DNA from: Patescibacteria group bacterium
Lineage (GTDB): Bacteria; Patescibacteriota; Saccharimonadia; Saccharimonadales; JAUPVS01
Assembly (NCBI GenBank): GCA_030916945.1
Contig: JAUPVS010000004.1
Location: forward strand, 1-54,914
Length of the DNA stretch: 54,914 bases
Direction of reading: 5' to 3'
The notes under the pieces are model-generated. The model had not been told where the DNA came from and did not search any database. It saw only the letters and a list, made by a program, of their open reading frames with translations. The position numbers and the translations under genes were made by a program. Of this stretch, positions 1-8,441 are shown piece by piece; the first letter of the stretch is position 1, and every line of letters begins with the position of its first letter.

Positions 1-108
1 TCTTCGCCGGCAAACACCAAAATCTGGCCTTTGGGGTAAGAACGCTGCGGGTAGGTGCGAAAAAACTGATCAACTTTTTGAGTAACTGCGGAAGTCATAT
101 CATCTTCC
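1..108 (-). CDS. 5' end of a gene that runs off the window; the N-terminus weakly resembles a Crp/FNR-type cNMP-binding regulator
   Basis: ATG at 108-106 is preceded on the minus strand by AGGAGG with an 8-nt spacer. Translation MTSAVTQKVDQFFRTYPQRSYPKGQILVFAGE continues past position 1. It is missing from the ORF track because it is truncated. Confidence 0.45.
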
Positions 109-131
109 TCCTACCCTGACTATAGAACTGT

Positions 132-947
132 TTAGGCAGTCTGGCAATCTGTACTGGTAGTCTGAGCCCAAGCGGCCAGCGCCTCGTTATAGGCCAACCG
201 CTTAACCGGCTTAGTGACATCGTCATAGTTATCAAAGTCAGTCGGTTCAATTACAGCAAAGGCACGATCGATGTAATCTGCCCTATCGTCAAGGTAACGT
301 TGCACCGGCACATACTGGTCGGCCCGCTGTACTAGAGTCACTACATGGTTGCAAATCACATCGGCCATTAGCCATCTAAAGCCGGTTTCGCAGTCGGCTG
401 CCGTTCCGGCATAAATATGTTCGGAGGCCCTCAGAGCAGTCCTCATATAACCAACCCGTTCAACCGTGTTGAATATGTTGCCGAGCTTGGTGTGGTCATC
501 AAAGACAACTCCTTCGGCGGCCTCGAAGATTAAACCAGCCAATTGCGGCTGCATTTGGGCGACATCTTCTATAATCTTGTGCAGGTGGTTTCGCTCCTGC
601 GCTTCATCCTGGTTTGTTTTGTTGCTGTAAGTTATGTCACCAACAATCACTTCGGCCCAATCATGGATAATGGCGGCAGTTTCTAGTACTTGCTCTTCGT
701 GTGATGTCAAAAATCCAGGTTGATCTCGGCGCAAATTACGATTTATAGCCCGGGCAATTCCTCGCGTTAGGGGCATATGTAAGAGATTGTTAACATCTGC
801 TCCAAGCAATTCTTGCCAGCGTTCATTGGTAACTCCCTCGTCCTTGTAGCGTTCATAGCGAACACGCGTCGCCAGCTCCTGCCCAAGCTCGGTGCCGGCA
901 AAGGCGCGGTGGATATCCATGACATTAGGCTGTATTTCAACGCTCAT
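132..947 (-). CDS. HD-domain-like metal-dependent phosphohydrolase family protein (tentative)
   Basis: Long ORF containing AAIIHDWAEVIVGDITY (an HD dyad context). I prefer the internal ATG at 947 (MSVEIQ...), which avoids overlap with the divergent gene. Confidence 0.6.
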   Translation of the reverse strand: MSVEIQPNVMDIHRAFAGTELGQELATRVRYERYKDEGVTNERWQELLGADVNNLLHMPLTRGIARAINRNLRRDQPGFLTSHEEQVLETAAIIHDWAEVIVGDITYSNKTNQDEAQERNHLHKIIEDVAQMQPQLAGLIFEAAEGVVFDDHTKLGNIFNTVERVGYMRTALRASEHIYAGTAADCETGFRWLMADVICNHVVTLVQRADQYVPVQRYLDDRADYIDRAFAVIEPTDFDNYDDVTKPVKRLAYNEALAAWAQTTSTDCQTA

Positions 948-966
948 GCTACTTCCATAGTCCGGC

Positions 967-1488
967 TTGACTAATAATATTGCAAGCATGATCATAATAG
1001 TTTTAGGCTATACTTATAGGGTGAATAAGAAGCTTTTAATGGCCATTGGCATAATAACTGTTCTGATCGGCGCTGGTGTTATTTACCTATTAACCAGTAG
1101 CGAACCAGAAAAAGCTATGGAACAAGTAACTCAGCAGTCCACAACCGCAGCTACTACACCACCAGTTACTAACGATTCAAAACCCGGCGCCTACATCGAC
1201 TACAGTAGCGCGGCTATTTCTCAGACTTCTGGCACAAAACTACTGTTCTTTCATGCTCCATGGTGCCCGCAGTGTCGTGATCTGGAAGCCAGCATCAAGC
1301 AAGATGGCGTGCCAAACGGTGTGACAATTATCAAGGTCGACTACGACAGTAATCAGGCCCTCCGCCAAAAGTATGGCGTAACCTTGCAGACCACGGTGGT
1401 AAAAATCGACGACAAAGGTAACCTGGTTGATAAGTTTGTCGCCTACCAAGACCCCAGCCTTAATGCCATCAAACAACAGCTACTATAA
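967..1488 (+). CDS. Membrane-anchored thioredoxin-like protein (TlpA/ResA-like)
   Basis: N-terminal TM segment followed by FFHAPWCPQCRDLE (CxxC thioredoxin motif). The start is uncertain (967, 1021 GTG or 1039 ATG). The stop overlaps the next ATG as TAATG. Confidence 0.8.
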   Translation: MTNNIASMIIIVLGYTYRVNKKLLMAIGIITVLIGAGVIYLLTSSEPEKAMEQVTQQSTTAATTPPVTNDSKPGAYIDYSSAAISQTSGTKLLFFHAPWCPQCRDLEASIKQDGVPNGVTIIKVDYDSNQALRQKYGVTLQTTVVKIDDKGNLVDKFVAYQDPSLNAIKQQLL

Positions 1489-2228
1489 TGGCTCTGCTGA
1501 TTCTTTCGTTTATCGCCGGCGTACTTACGATTGCGGCCCCCTGTGTGCTGCCGTTGCTACCAGTTATCGTCGGTGGCTCATTGGTAGAGAATGATGAAGA
1601 AAAATCTACCCATCAGTGGTTGCGGCCGTTAGTTATTGCTCTAAGTTTAGCCCTGTCGGTGGTTAGCTTTACGCTGCTTATTAAGGCCACGACCGTTTTG
1701 CTGGGAGTGCCACAAATTGTCTGGCAAGTTGTTTCGGGATTAATTGTCATTGCCCTGGGTATTAATTACGTCTGGCCTAAAGCTTGGGAAGTTCTGTCGT
1801 CGCGGTCTGGGTTATTTACCACTTCTAATGCCGCTTTAGGTAAGGCCTATAAACACAAGGGATTGTGGGGAGCCATCTTAATTGGCGTGGCCCTGGGTCC
1901 AGTCTTTAGTAGTTGTAGCCCAACTTACGCTCTGATTGTAGCGACGATTCTACCGGTATCGTTTGCGCAGGGTCTGATTTACCTAATTGCTTATGCCTTG
2001 GGCATGAGCATCACCCTTTTACTAATTGCCTACCTGGGGCAGGTTTTCTTGAGCAAACTACGCTGGCTGAGCAACCCTAATGGCTGGTTCAAGAAACTAG
2101 TTGGGATTCTTTTTATTACAGTTGGTATTTTCGTGCTGTTCGGCGTCGACAAAAAGATTCAGGCCTACGTCTTAGAACAAGGCTGGTACGACCCGATTAG
2201 TAATATCGAAAAGCGGCTCAGCAACTAG
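1488..2228 (+). CDS. ccdA: Cytochrome c biogenesis CcdA/DsbD-family thiol-disulfide transporter
   Basis: Polytopic membrane ORF with the two conserved Cys contexts APCVLPLLPV and GPVFSSCSPTY. It overlaps the upstream thioredoxin-like gene by 1 nt. Confidence 0.8.
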   Translation: MALLILSFIAGVLTIAAPCVLPLLPVIVGGSLVENDEEKSTHQWLRPLVIALSLALSVVSFTLLIKATTVLLGVPQIVWQVVSGLIVIALGINYVWPKAWEVLSSRSGLFTTSNAALGKAYKHKGLWGAILIGVALGPVFSSCSPTYALIVATILPVSFAQGLIYLIAYALGMSITLLLIAYLGQVFLSKLRWLSNPNGWFKKLVGILFITVGIFVLFGVDKKIQAYVLEQGWYDPISNIEKRLSN

Positions 2229-2797
2229 TAAATAACTGTGGTGTTGGGTAAGTCGGCTTTTAGCTTGCTAATGGCTTCGGCGCTCAGTGGATTACCCGTA
2301 AGGTTAAATTCTTTAAGGTTGTTCTTTAAGTTCTTGAGCTCGTTGGGCAAACCGGTAATTTTGTTATTACTGTAGTTAAGCGTCTCTAGCTTACTGAGCT
2401 GGCCAATCTCGGCTGGCATACCAGTCATATTATTATTACTGACGTCCAGTTTTCTTAGAGGCATCTTGCGAACCTCGGCAATCAGCGACCCTTCTAGTAG
2501 GTTTTGACTAAGGTTAAGATCTTGTAGTTTCGTCATCTTACCCATTTCTGACGGCAGTGTTTTTATCTGGTTGTTGGACAGATTTAGTATGACGGTGTCG
2601 GTCTTATTATAAACTTCCGGCCCCACCTTGGTTAGGCCAGTATTACTCAAGTTCACGGTTGCGCTAGCCGGCGCAACCACACTGGAACCTACCTCAGAAC
2701 TGGACGTATCGCTGCTGGATTGCAAGGAACCAAGTATCTGCCAGGCACCAAGACCAACTGCCACCATAACTATTACAACTATCAAGAGTTTCTTCAT
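2225..2797 (-). CDS. Signal-anchored leucine-rich-repeat (LRR) protein
   Basis: N-terminal hydrophobic anchor followed by repeated LxxLxLxxNxL units (LNLSNNQIKTLPSEMGKMTKLQDLNLSQNLL, LDVSNNNMTGMP, LNYSNNKITGLP). Confidence 0.8.
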   Translation of the reverse strand: MKKLLIVVIVMVAVGLGAWQILGSLQSSSDTSSSEVGSSVVAPASATVNLSNTGLTKVGPEVYNKTDTVILNLSNNQIKTLPSEMGKMTKLQDLNLSQNLLEGSLIAEVRKMPLRKLDVSNNNMTGMPAEIGQLSKLETLNYSNNKITGLPNELKNLKNNLKEFNLTGNPLSAEAISKLKADLPNTTVIY

Positions 2798-2874
2798 AAC
2801 CTCATTATTTCACTAATGCCCACATTTACAAGCTACTACCATATTTTTAACAACTAGCCTACAATAGGCTTATT

Positions 2875-3408
2875 ATGTCAACGTTTGAAAGAGGTCGTCC
2901 GGTTAGGCTAATCGATAAATCTACGTATCAACAGGTTAAAGATGCCTGCCTAGCCTTGATGGGTGTGTCAGGTGTTAGGTTTTCTGAAAATGCCGACAAC
3001 GGCGTTAACATCACGCTAAGCCGCGAAGTCGAGGCGGAGTTTGGCGTCTTTCCGCGCCTGGCCTATAGCGTGCGTGGAGAAACCAAGACGTCCCCTAGCG
3101 AACAAGGTGAAGAAATCTTGATTGTGACAAGAGGTTACGGGTTAGCCCCTGGACGTGCCCGACAACTATACCAGCGCAAGTTAGGCATGGCAGTTGTCGG
3201 TAACGAGGTGACTTCTGCCTGGACAAACCTCTCGTTGCCAAGCCCCGAAGTAAGGTCTGAAAAATCCCAAGCCCAGGGCGAACTCCACCCATTTGTCCGA
3301 GAACATTTTGCTGACTGGGAGCGAGAAGTTGTTGGGCTACAGACGCTTTTATACCCCGAAGATTGTCAGATGCTAGTGGCCGAAATTAATGAAATTGCCG
3401 AGCTTTGA
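2875..3408 (+). CDS. Hypothetical protein
   Basis: 177-aa ORF with no competing long ORF and no recognisable motif. Confidence 0.6.
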   Translation: MSTFERGRPVRLIDKSTYQQVKDACLALMGVSGVRFSENADNGVNITLSREVEAEFGVFPRLAYSVRGETKTSPSEQGEEILIVTRGYGLAPGRARQLYQRKLGMAVVGNEVTSAWTNLSLPSPEVRSEKSQAQGELHPFVREHFADWEREVVGLQTLLYPEDCQMLVAEINEIAEL

Positions 3409-3449
3409 CGCTTTTGCTTAGCCGTTCGTGGCTATGATACAGTTCTGTC

Positions 3450-4073
3450 ATGCAATTACCCACCTCTGACCTAGAACTTATGCAAGGAGTACTCGACCAC
3501 CGCTTGGGTGGCGACATGAGCGCTTTAGAGCGCGGCCTAGAACGATTCGAGCAAGAACTAAACCGGCCCGACATGCCATTGTTTGAGAAGGTTGGCAATA
3601 ACTGCCTGGTATTTTTTACCAACGACGACGCCAAACAAGTTTGCGAAGATAATCCTGAAACTCTTCAAGGTGTTATAGTTAGTGATTTCAATAGCATTAT
3701 TAAACCAGGAACCGTGGCGGTGGGTAGCTTACTGCAAGGCCATGTGACCTCACCCGGAGAAATTATGGCTGGCTCGGAAGTGTACTATTCGACTGTTTTT
3801 GCAGCCGAGATTATCCGATCCAGACTAGTGTCGTCGATTGCCATGCCAGGTAGCAAACTGGTGGCATCCAACGCCACCGAATCAGTTGTCTACGGCAGCC
3901 TATACAAGATGAATCTTTTGCGGGCAATGACAGCATCGGGCGGCGCCTATAGCGACGCGGATGTTGCCCGAGAGATTTTAGAATACGATCCTTCCAAAGA
4001 CCACGCCGACGCTCACGGCCTGGTCGGGCGTCTACTCGCCCAAAACGGCATCCGGGTTAGGCCTCAGGGCTAG
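3450..4073 (+). CDS. Hypothetical protein
   Basis: 207-aa ORF on the same strand, 41 nt after the previous ORF. No recognisable motif. Confidence 0.6.
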   Translation: MQLPTSDLELMQGVLDHRLGGDMSALERGLERFEQELNRPDMPLFEKVGNNCLVFFTNDDAKQVCEDNPETLQGVIVSDFNSIIKPGTVAVGSLLQGHVTSPGEIMAGSEVYYSTVFAAEIIRSRLVSSIAMPGSKLVASNATESVVYGSLYKMNLLRAMTASGGAYSDADVAREILEYDPSKDHADAHGLVGRLLAQNGIRVRPQG

Positions 4074-4913
4074 TTAGGCCTCTGCACTGGCAACAATGTT
4101 ACGGGCCAGAGCCAGAAAATCTTCTTCTATAAAATCGGTGTTATCGTCATCGTACTCGGCCAGAAGCGCTAGGGAGTCGGTTATAGCCGCAAGTGCTTCC
4201 TGTCGATTAATTTTTACGCGCGGGTAATGATAAGGTGAGGTCGTTCTAAGATTGGCTTGGACTTCTTCGTCAGTAACGTACACAGTGTATGGCGCTTCTG
4301 AGCAAGCCAAGAACCAATCAAGTGACGCATATAAAAGATCAGCCGCTTCGTGTGAACCTTCAAACAGTTGCCACAGTGCGCGGTCAATAATCCTATCGTG
4401 GGTCTCCTCTGCACGTTTTACGAATTCGGGACTCTCGCCATTTTCAAAGTCCTGCTCAGCGATCTTCTGGGCTTGCTCGATTACTGCCTCGTCGGCACCA
4501 AGTTCGATAGCAGCGGCACTAAATCTTTCAATGGCAGCCTGATGGATAGCATTCTTAACTGAATAAGGTGTTTCTGCAAGGCTTTCCAAGAAATCAAATG
4601 GCGGTTCTTCGTTGGCAGCCTCTACCAAAGTTTCAATTGATTCGTAGCGTTCTAACTCCCGCTCTAGCTCGCTTTGATAGGTATCTCTTAGCTCTGCCAA
4701 GGTGCCAAAACTGCCTAAAGTACGGATCTTGCTTGGTTCAAGGTTGTCGTTTGTGGGGTCAAATCGCTGCCAGGTTTCTAGCTCAAATATATTCCCTACC
4801 GCATAGTGAGCGTGTTCGCGCTCATCACCAAAATCAACTCTTAAGTACATATTTTCAACTTCTAATAAACCCCCGCTAGAGTCCGAGTAAACCATCAATG
4901 ATCTTTCTGCCAT
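4074..4913 (-). CDS. Hypothetical, highly acidic soluble protein
   Basis: 279-aa ORF with AAGGAG 7 nt upstream of the ATG. A TTGTTA-17-TACTAT promoter-like element lies at about 4945-4973 (minus). Confidence 0.7.
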   Translation of the reverse strand: MAERSLMVYSDSSGGLLEVENMYLRVDFGDEREHAHYAVGNIFELETWQRFDPTNDNLEPSKIRTLGSFGTLAELRDTYQSELERELERYESIETLVEAANEEPPFDFLESLAETPYSVKNAIHQAAIERFSAAAIELGADEAVIEQAQKIAEQDFENGESPEFVKRAEETHDRIIDRALWQLFEGSHEAADLLYASLDWFLACSEAPYTVYVTDEEVQANLRTTSPYHYPRVKINRQEALAAITDSLALLAEYDDDNTDFIEEDFLALARNIVASAEA

Positions 4914-5005
4914 AGTAACTCCTTTTGTACTATAGTATGCTCAAAAATATGGTTTAACAAGTTTTATTGCCTTGAAGTCAATAAAACCTTATTTGTGTTC
5001 AGCCA

Positions 5006-5833
5006 TTACTTCTTCAAAGCTTCTAAGAGTGACTCGTGGATAAGACCATTCGATACCACTAATCCCTGTATGTCTCCGTCCAGACGTCCCGGTGGGTTGC
5101 CATAGACATCGGTTACGGTGCCACCGGCGTTGGTTACAATTAGCTCGACAGCGGCAGCCTCAAATGGTGTTTTCATGCCAATAAGGGCACCGTCGGCCCG
5201 GCCAGCTGCAACTTGAGTACAGCCAAAAGCTAGGGCACGGGGGTTGTGCACCTTGCCGCCTTGGGTTTCGATGCGGTCATAGAAAGTACCGTTGCTGGCA
5301 ACATCGTGGTGCATGCGGCTACCCATAAATATCGCTGCACCCTTAATTTTGTCCCTGTCCGAAACATGTATGTCCTGTCCATTGAGAGCCGTGTTCTGGC
5401 CGCGCGCGGCAGTATATAGTTCATCAAGCACAGGGTTATAAACAATTCCAAACAGTGGCCGTCCCTCTGTATCTAGGCGTGCCAGACAAACCGTGAAGGC
5501 TGGTACGCGCTGCTCCAGTGCTTGAGTCCCATCAATTGGGTCCAGAATCCAAGTAAAGCCACTGGGCCTATCGGCATCAGAGCTTTGCTCTTCACCATAT
5601 ATCCGATCGTTAGGATACTTAGCCTGCACCCCTTCAAGCACTAATTCATTAACGGCAATATCAATTGATGTGACCGGCGTGTTGTCTGGTTTCCACTCGG
5701 TTGTGTGGTCCCCTTTGGCCAGCATGCCCCTAACTAATTCACCGGCTTGCATAACCAACGATTGGCCTAACTCAAAGTCTTGGCCAGGTCGTTCTCTTTC
5801 GATTCCTTCATGGGGATGGGTTGGTGTTGTCAT
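5006..5833 (-). CDS. Inositol monophosphatase family protein (SuhB/IMPase-like)
   Basis: Motifs GEE...SG and FTWILDPIDGTQAL (WxLDPIDGT), typical of the IMPase/FBPase superfamily. Confidence 0.85.
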   Translation of the reverse strand: MTTPTHPHEGIERERPGQDFELGQSLVMQAGELVRGMLAKGDHTTEWKPDNTPVTSIDIAVNELVLEGVQAKYPNDRIYGEEQSSDADRPSGFTWILDPIDGTQALEQRVPAFTVCLARLDTEGRPLFGIVYNPVLDELYTAARGQNTALNGQDIHVSDRDKIKGAAIFMGSRMHHDVASNGTFYDRIETQGGKVHNPRALAFGCTQVAAGRADGALIGMKTPFEAAAVELIVTNAGGTVTDVYGNPPGRLDGDIQGLVVSNGLIHESLLEALKK

Positions 5834-5866
5834 GAGCTGATTATATCAGGGAGCGCGGGGCCGGAG

Positions 5867-6550
5867 CTATTCTGCTGAATCGGCTAGGCCATTTGGCTCA
5901 ACAATATAGGGCATGCTACCAATAAGGCTTATCTCGTTGCCGTTAACAACGATGGCCGCATCGTCTCGCAAGCCATATACAGGGAAATCCAAACCTTTTG
6001 ATGACTCGCGCAAAAGACCCTCTCGCCGCTTTGGGGCTTCGGACGAATCCATGTGTGGTCTAATCGCTAAATCTACTAAACCCATATAACTGGTTGTTCC
6101 AAAATCTTTTTCTTTGCCGAATGCTTCTAGGTATTCATCCGATGAAGGACGCTTACCCATAACAATTGAGCCGGCGCTACTGCCAACATAAACTTTTGTT
6201 TCGAGTAGTTTTAGCAGTAATTTATCAAAGCCGGTTTTCTTGTAAATATGCATTAGGTAGTCAGTATTTCCTCCAACCACAAAAATAACATCACATTTTT
6301 CTAAACGAGCTTCGACCTCATCAATCGATAGAGCAAGCAGATCAACAATGTCAAAACTGCCAGGAAAATTATCTGCCACGCAGTTTAAATTGTGCAGTAC
6401 CCACCGCTTATCATTTTCTTCAGGAGCAAATGCTTCATTAATGACAGCGACCGCGATCTCTTCCTTGGGCTTACCAACCAGATCAACGCAGGCTTGTACG
6501 GTATTGGGTGTGTGAAAACCTTCTGAGCAGAGTAGTAATTTCATGAGCAC
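5867..6550 (-). CDS. Peptidase S51 / type-1 glutamine-amidotransferase-like (dipeptidase E family)
   Basis: VVGGNTDYLM ... YVGSSAGSIVMG pattern (GGNT...G-S-AG), characteristic of peptidase E-like proteins. Confidence 0.7.
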   Translation of the reverse strand: MLMKLLLCSEGFHTPNTVQACVDLVGKPKEEIAVAVINEAFAPEENDKRWVLHNLNCVADNFPGSFDIVDLLALSIDEVEARLEKCDVIFVVGGNTDYLMHIYKKTGFDKLLLKLLETKVYVGSSAGSIVMGKRPSSDEYLEAFGKEKDFGTTSYMGLVDLAIRPHMDSSEAPKRREGLLRESSKGLDFPVYGLRDDAAIVVNGNEISLIGSMPYIVEPNGLADSAE

Positions 6551-6612
6551 ATCATATCAAAAGATGATGACTTTTTTCAGAATTCGGTATGCTTGGTAGC
6601 AGTAACAGGACC

Positions 6613-7356
6613 TTACTGCGCTGGTTTTTTACCAATACAAAGGCGGCGACCAGTTAGCCCCTCGGGGTCAATTTCTATACTTAATCCTGCTTTGTGGAAT
6701 GCGTCAGTAAACTCTTCGTCGGTATAAACAGCAAGTTCATGAGTCTCGACAAAGTGCTCGATTCCCCTTTCAGTACCTATCATGTGGTGCATGGCCAGCG
6801 AAGAGATAGTACCCTTTTGCACCAACTTGCCCATTCTTTGAACAGCAAGTTGTTCATTTTTACCTTGCTCGATGGATATATGACCAGGCTTTATATCTTC
6901 GGCTCTAAGCCAAGGCTCAACTATAACTAAGCCGCCCGGCAAGGTGTGTTTTGCCATGTTGGCTATAGCCTTATCAAGATTCTCTTTTGTCTTTAAGTAT
7001 CCAATTGAACTGAACAAACAGAGTACGGCGTCATATTGCCCGCCCATATCGAAATCTAGCATGTCAGCTTTTTCAATTCTGGCATCTGGTAGCCGTTTTT
7101 TCGCGGCCACAACTTGCTCGGCCGATAAATCAAACCCGTCGACAGAGAAGTGCGGGTCAAGAAACTGCATATAGGTACCAGTACCACAAGCAGCTTCTAG
7201 CACTCGGTTGCCACCCGATTCACAGTTGGAGTCTATGAGTTCAGTTAACTTTGCTGCCTGTCCTTGATAATCTTTGTCAGCATAGATGAGGTCATAAATT
7301 TCACCAGTCATCATGGTATAGGCTGGAACTTCTTGGGCTCGAACTATTTCACTCAT
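6613..7356 (-). CDS. Class I SAM-dependent methyltransferase
   Basis: VLEAACGTGTY (motif I) followed by DAVLCLFSSIGYL; overall TylM1-like layout. Confidence 0.85.
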   Translation of the reverse strand: MSEIVRAQEVPAYTMMTGEIYDLIYADKDYQGQAAKLTELIDSNCESGGNRVLEAACGTGTYMQFLDPHFSVDGFDLSAEQVVAAKKRLPDARIEKADMLDFDMGGQYDAVLCLFSSIGYLKTKENLDKAIANMAKHTLPGGLVIVEPWLRAEDIKPGHISIEQGKNEQLAVQRMGKLVQKGTISSLAMHHMIGTERGIEHFVETHELAVYTDEEFTDAFHKAGLSIEIDPEGLTGRRLCIGKKPAQ

Positions 7357-7432
7357 CCAATTAGCATATCAGACGCCAGATATAACCGAAACATGTGTTA
7401 GACAGGTTGAACTTAAACTTACTTTGGAAGAA

Positions 7433-8062
7433 CTAGCTAGGTGGCAGTTCTCCATGTGGTACGTCGATAACTGGTGACGCAGGGCTGTCCGGAGAAACAG
7501 GCAAAATCCCGGGCATAGATTCTATTGCCGATACGGCTATTCCTAGAGCAGTTACCGCACTCATGTTGAATTCCTGCACACCGTCCCTATCCAACAGCAC
7601 ACCCCCGAAGGGATCCATAAACGAATCAACTGATAATTGGGAATCTGGGCTATCTAGAACCTTTACCTTACCCTCTAATACGGGAGAATGCGGATTATCA
7701 ATTTGCAGCAACGCTCCCAGTACGATGCCTCTGCGGTTTCTTTGTCTAACCTGATAAATTGTATGAAGTAGAGTGGTACCCTCCGTTCGCCAAAATCTGG
7801 GGCCATAAATCTTATCGGAGTTTGTACCCAGCACAAGGTCACGCTTAACACCTGGCGCAGATTTTGCATACATATAGAGTAGCGCGCCAAACCTGTGGTT
7901 AGCACCGGCACAAAAGTTCTGATACCAGGCATTCAAGTCGGGTGTAGAGGCATCTTGGCTGCGTACAGCATCAATCACGGCCCGGCCCTGAGTAACAAAA
8001 CGTCGAATAGTCGCATCGACTTCTTCAGCTTGTTCGAGGTGAAACGGTTCAATATCAGCCAT
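7433..8062 (-). CDS. Hypothetical protein, probably translated from a (near-)leaderless mRNA
   Basis: 209-aa ORF when counted from the ATG at 8062. No SD sequence. A TTGACT-17-TATAAT promoter ends 8 nt upstream of the ATG. Confidence 0.65.
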   Translation of the reverse strand: MADIEPFHLEQAEEVDATIRRFVTQGRAVIDAVRSQDASTPDLNAWYQNFCAGANHRFGALLYMYAKSAPGVKRDLVLGTNSDKIYGPRFWRTEGTTLLHTIYQVRQRNRRGIVLGALLQIDNPHSPVLEGKVKVLDSPDSQLSVDSFMDPFGGVLLDRDGVQEFNMSAVTALGIAVSAIESMPGILPVSPDSPASPVIDVPHGELPPS

Positions 8063-8070
8063 AAAACACA

Positions 8071-8099
8071 ATTATAGTATCACTTTGCTAATTAGTCAA
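8071..8099 (-). promoter_or_regulatory. Near-consensus sigma70-type promoter (TTGACT-17 nt-TATAAT) for the 7433-8062 gene
   Basis: Minus strand: -35 TTGACT (8099-8094), 17-nt spacer, -10 TATAAT (8076-8071). The ATG lies at 8062. Confidence 0.6.
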
Positions 8100-8246
8100 A
8101 GGTACGAAGTCGTTGTGAGAGTTGGGCGACTTTAAGGGCAGGCCAGCGCACATCTACAGCCATGCTCGGAATATATTCCTGCGCGTGGCTTTGATGACCG
8201 AACCTGGGCTACGCCCTACGGTTCAAGTCTTCTCCATCGAAGAGAA

Positions 8247-8282
8247 ATTAAAAACCGCCCTTTTTAGGACGGTTCCAAATTT
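8247..8282 (-). terminator. Intrinsic terminator downstream of the initiator tRNA
   Basis: Minus strand: ACCGTCC-taaaaag-GGGCGGT hairpin followed by TTTTTAATTT. The stem has a G-U pair on the minus strand but a C-A mismatch on the plus strand, which favours function on the minus strand. Confidence 0.6.
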
Positions 8283-8286
8283 CTCT

Positions 8287-8361
8287 TGGTAGCGGGGGCA
8301 GGACTCGAACCTGCGACCTCGTGGTTATGAGCCACGCGAGCTGCCACTGCTCCACCCCGCG
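8287..8361 (-). tRNA. tRNA-fMet (initiator, anticodon CAU), CCA encoded
   Basis: Reverse complement: CGCGGGGTGGAGCAGTGGCAGCTCGCGTGGCTCATAACCACGAGGTCGCAGGTTCGAGTCCTGCCCCCGCTACCA. It folds as a cloverleaf with a CTCATAA anticodon loop. The 5' CGCGGGG matches E. coli tRNA-fMet, and the 1:72 pair is mismatched (C:U). Confidence 0.9.
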
Positions 8362-8379
8362 TCGAGTTGAGCAAGCTAT

Positions 8380-8408
8380 AGCATACCAGATGAAAGCTAC
8401 TTATACAA
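8380..8408 (-). promoter_or_regulatory. Promoter for tRNA-fMet (TTGTAT-17 nt-TGgTATGCT)
   Basis: Minus strand: -35 TTGTAT (8408-8403), 17-nt spacer, extended -10 TGgTATGCT (-10 at 8385-8380), 18 nt before the tRNA 5' end. Confidence 0.5.
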
Positions 8409-8423
8409 CATCGGTGGGAAATG

Positions 8424-8432
8424 TGGTAGAGT
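8424..8432 (+). promoter_or_regulatory. Extended -10 element (TGgTAGAGT) for the sigma-factor gene
   Basis: TGgTAGAGT ends 9 nt before the ATG at 8442, and there is no SD between them. The weak -35 (8404-8409) overlaps the -35 of the divergent tRNA promoter. Confidence 0.4.
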
Positions 8433-8441
8433 ATCTTCACT

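Noticed and set aside
4214-4879. Cluster of overlapping 64-103-aa ORFs on both strands
   Set aside because: All are nested within or antisense to the 279-aa acidic ORF (4074-4913), which has a promoter and an SD. The nested ORFs have none.
8103-8246. SRP (4.5S) RNA, 6S RNA or tmRNA fragment in the structured intergenic segment
   Set aside because: I looked on both strands for the SRP domain IV signature (GGAA tetraloop flanked by the AGCAGC/GGAAGCAGCC-type strands) and did not find it. The hairpin loop is GGAATATATTCC. The segment is too short for RNase P or tmRNA. It is kept only as an unexplained structure.
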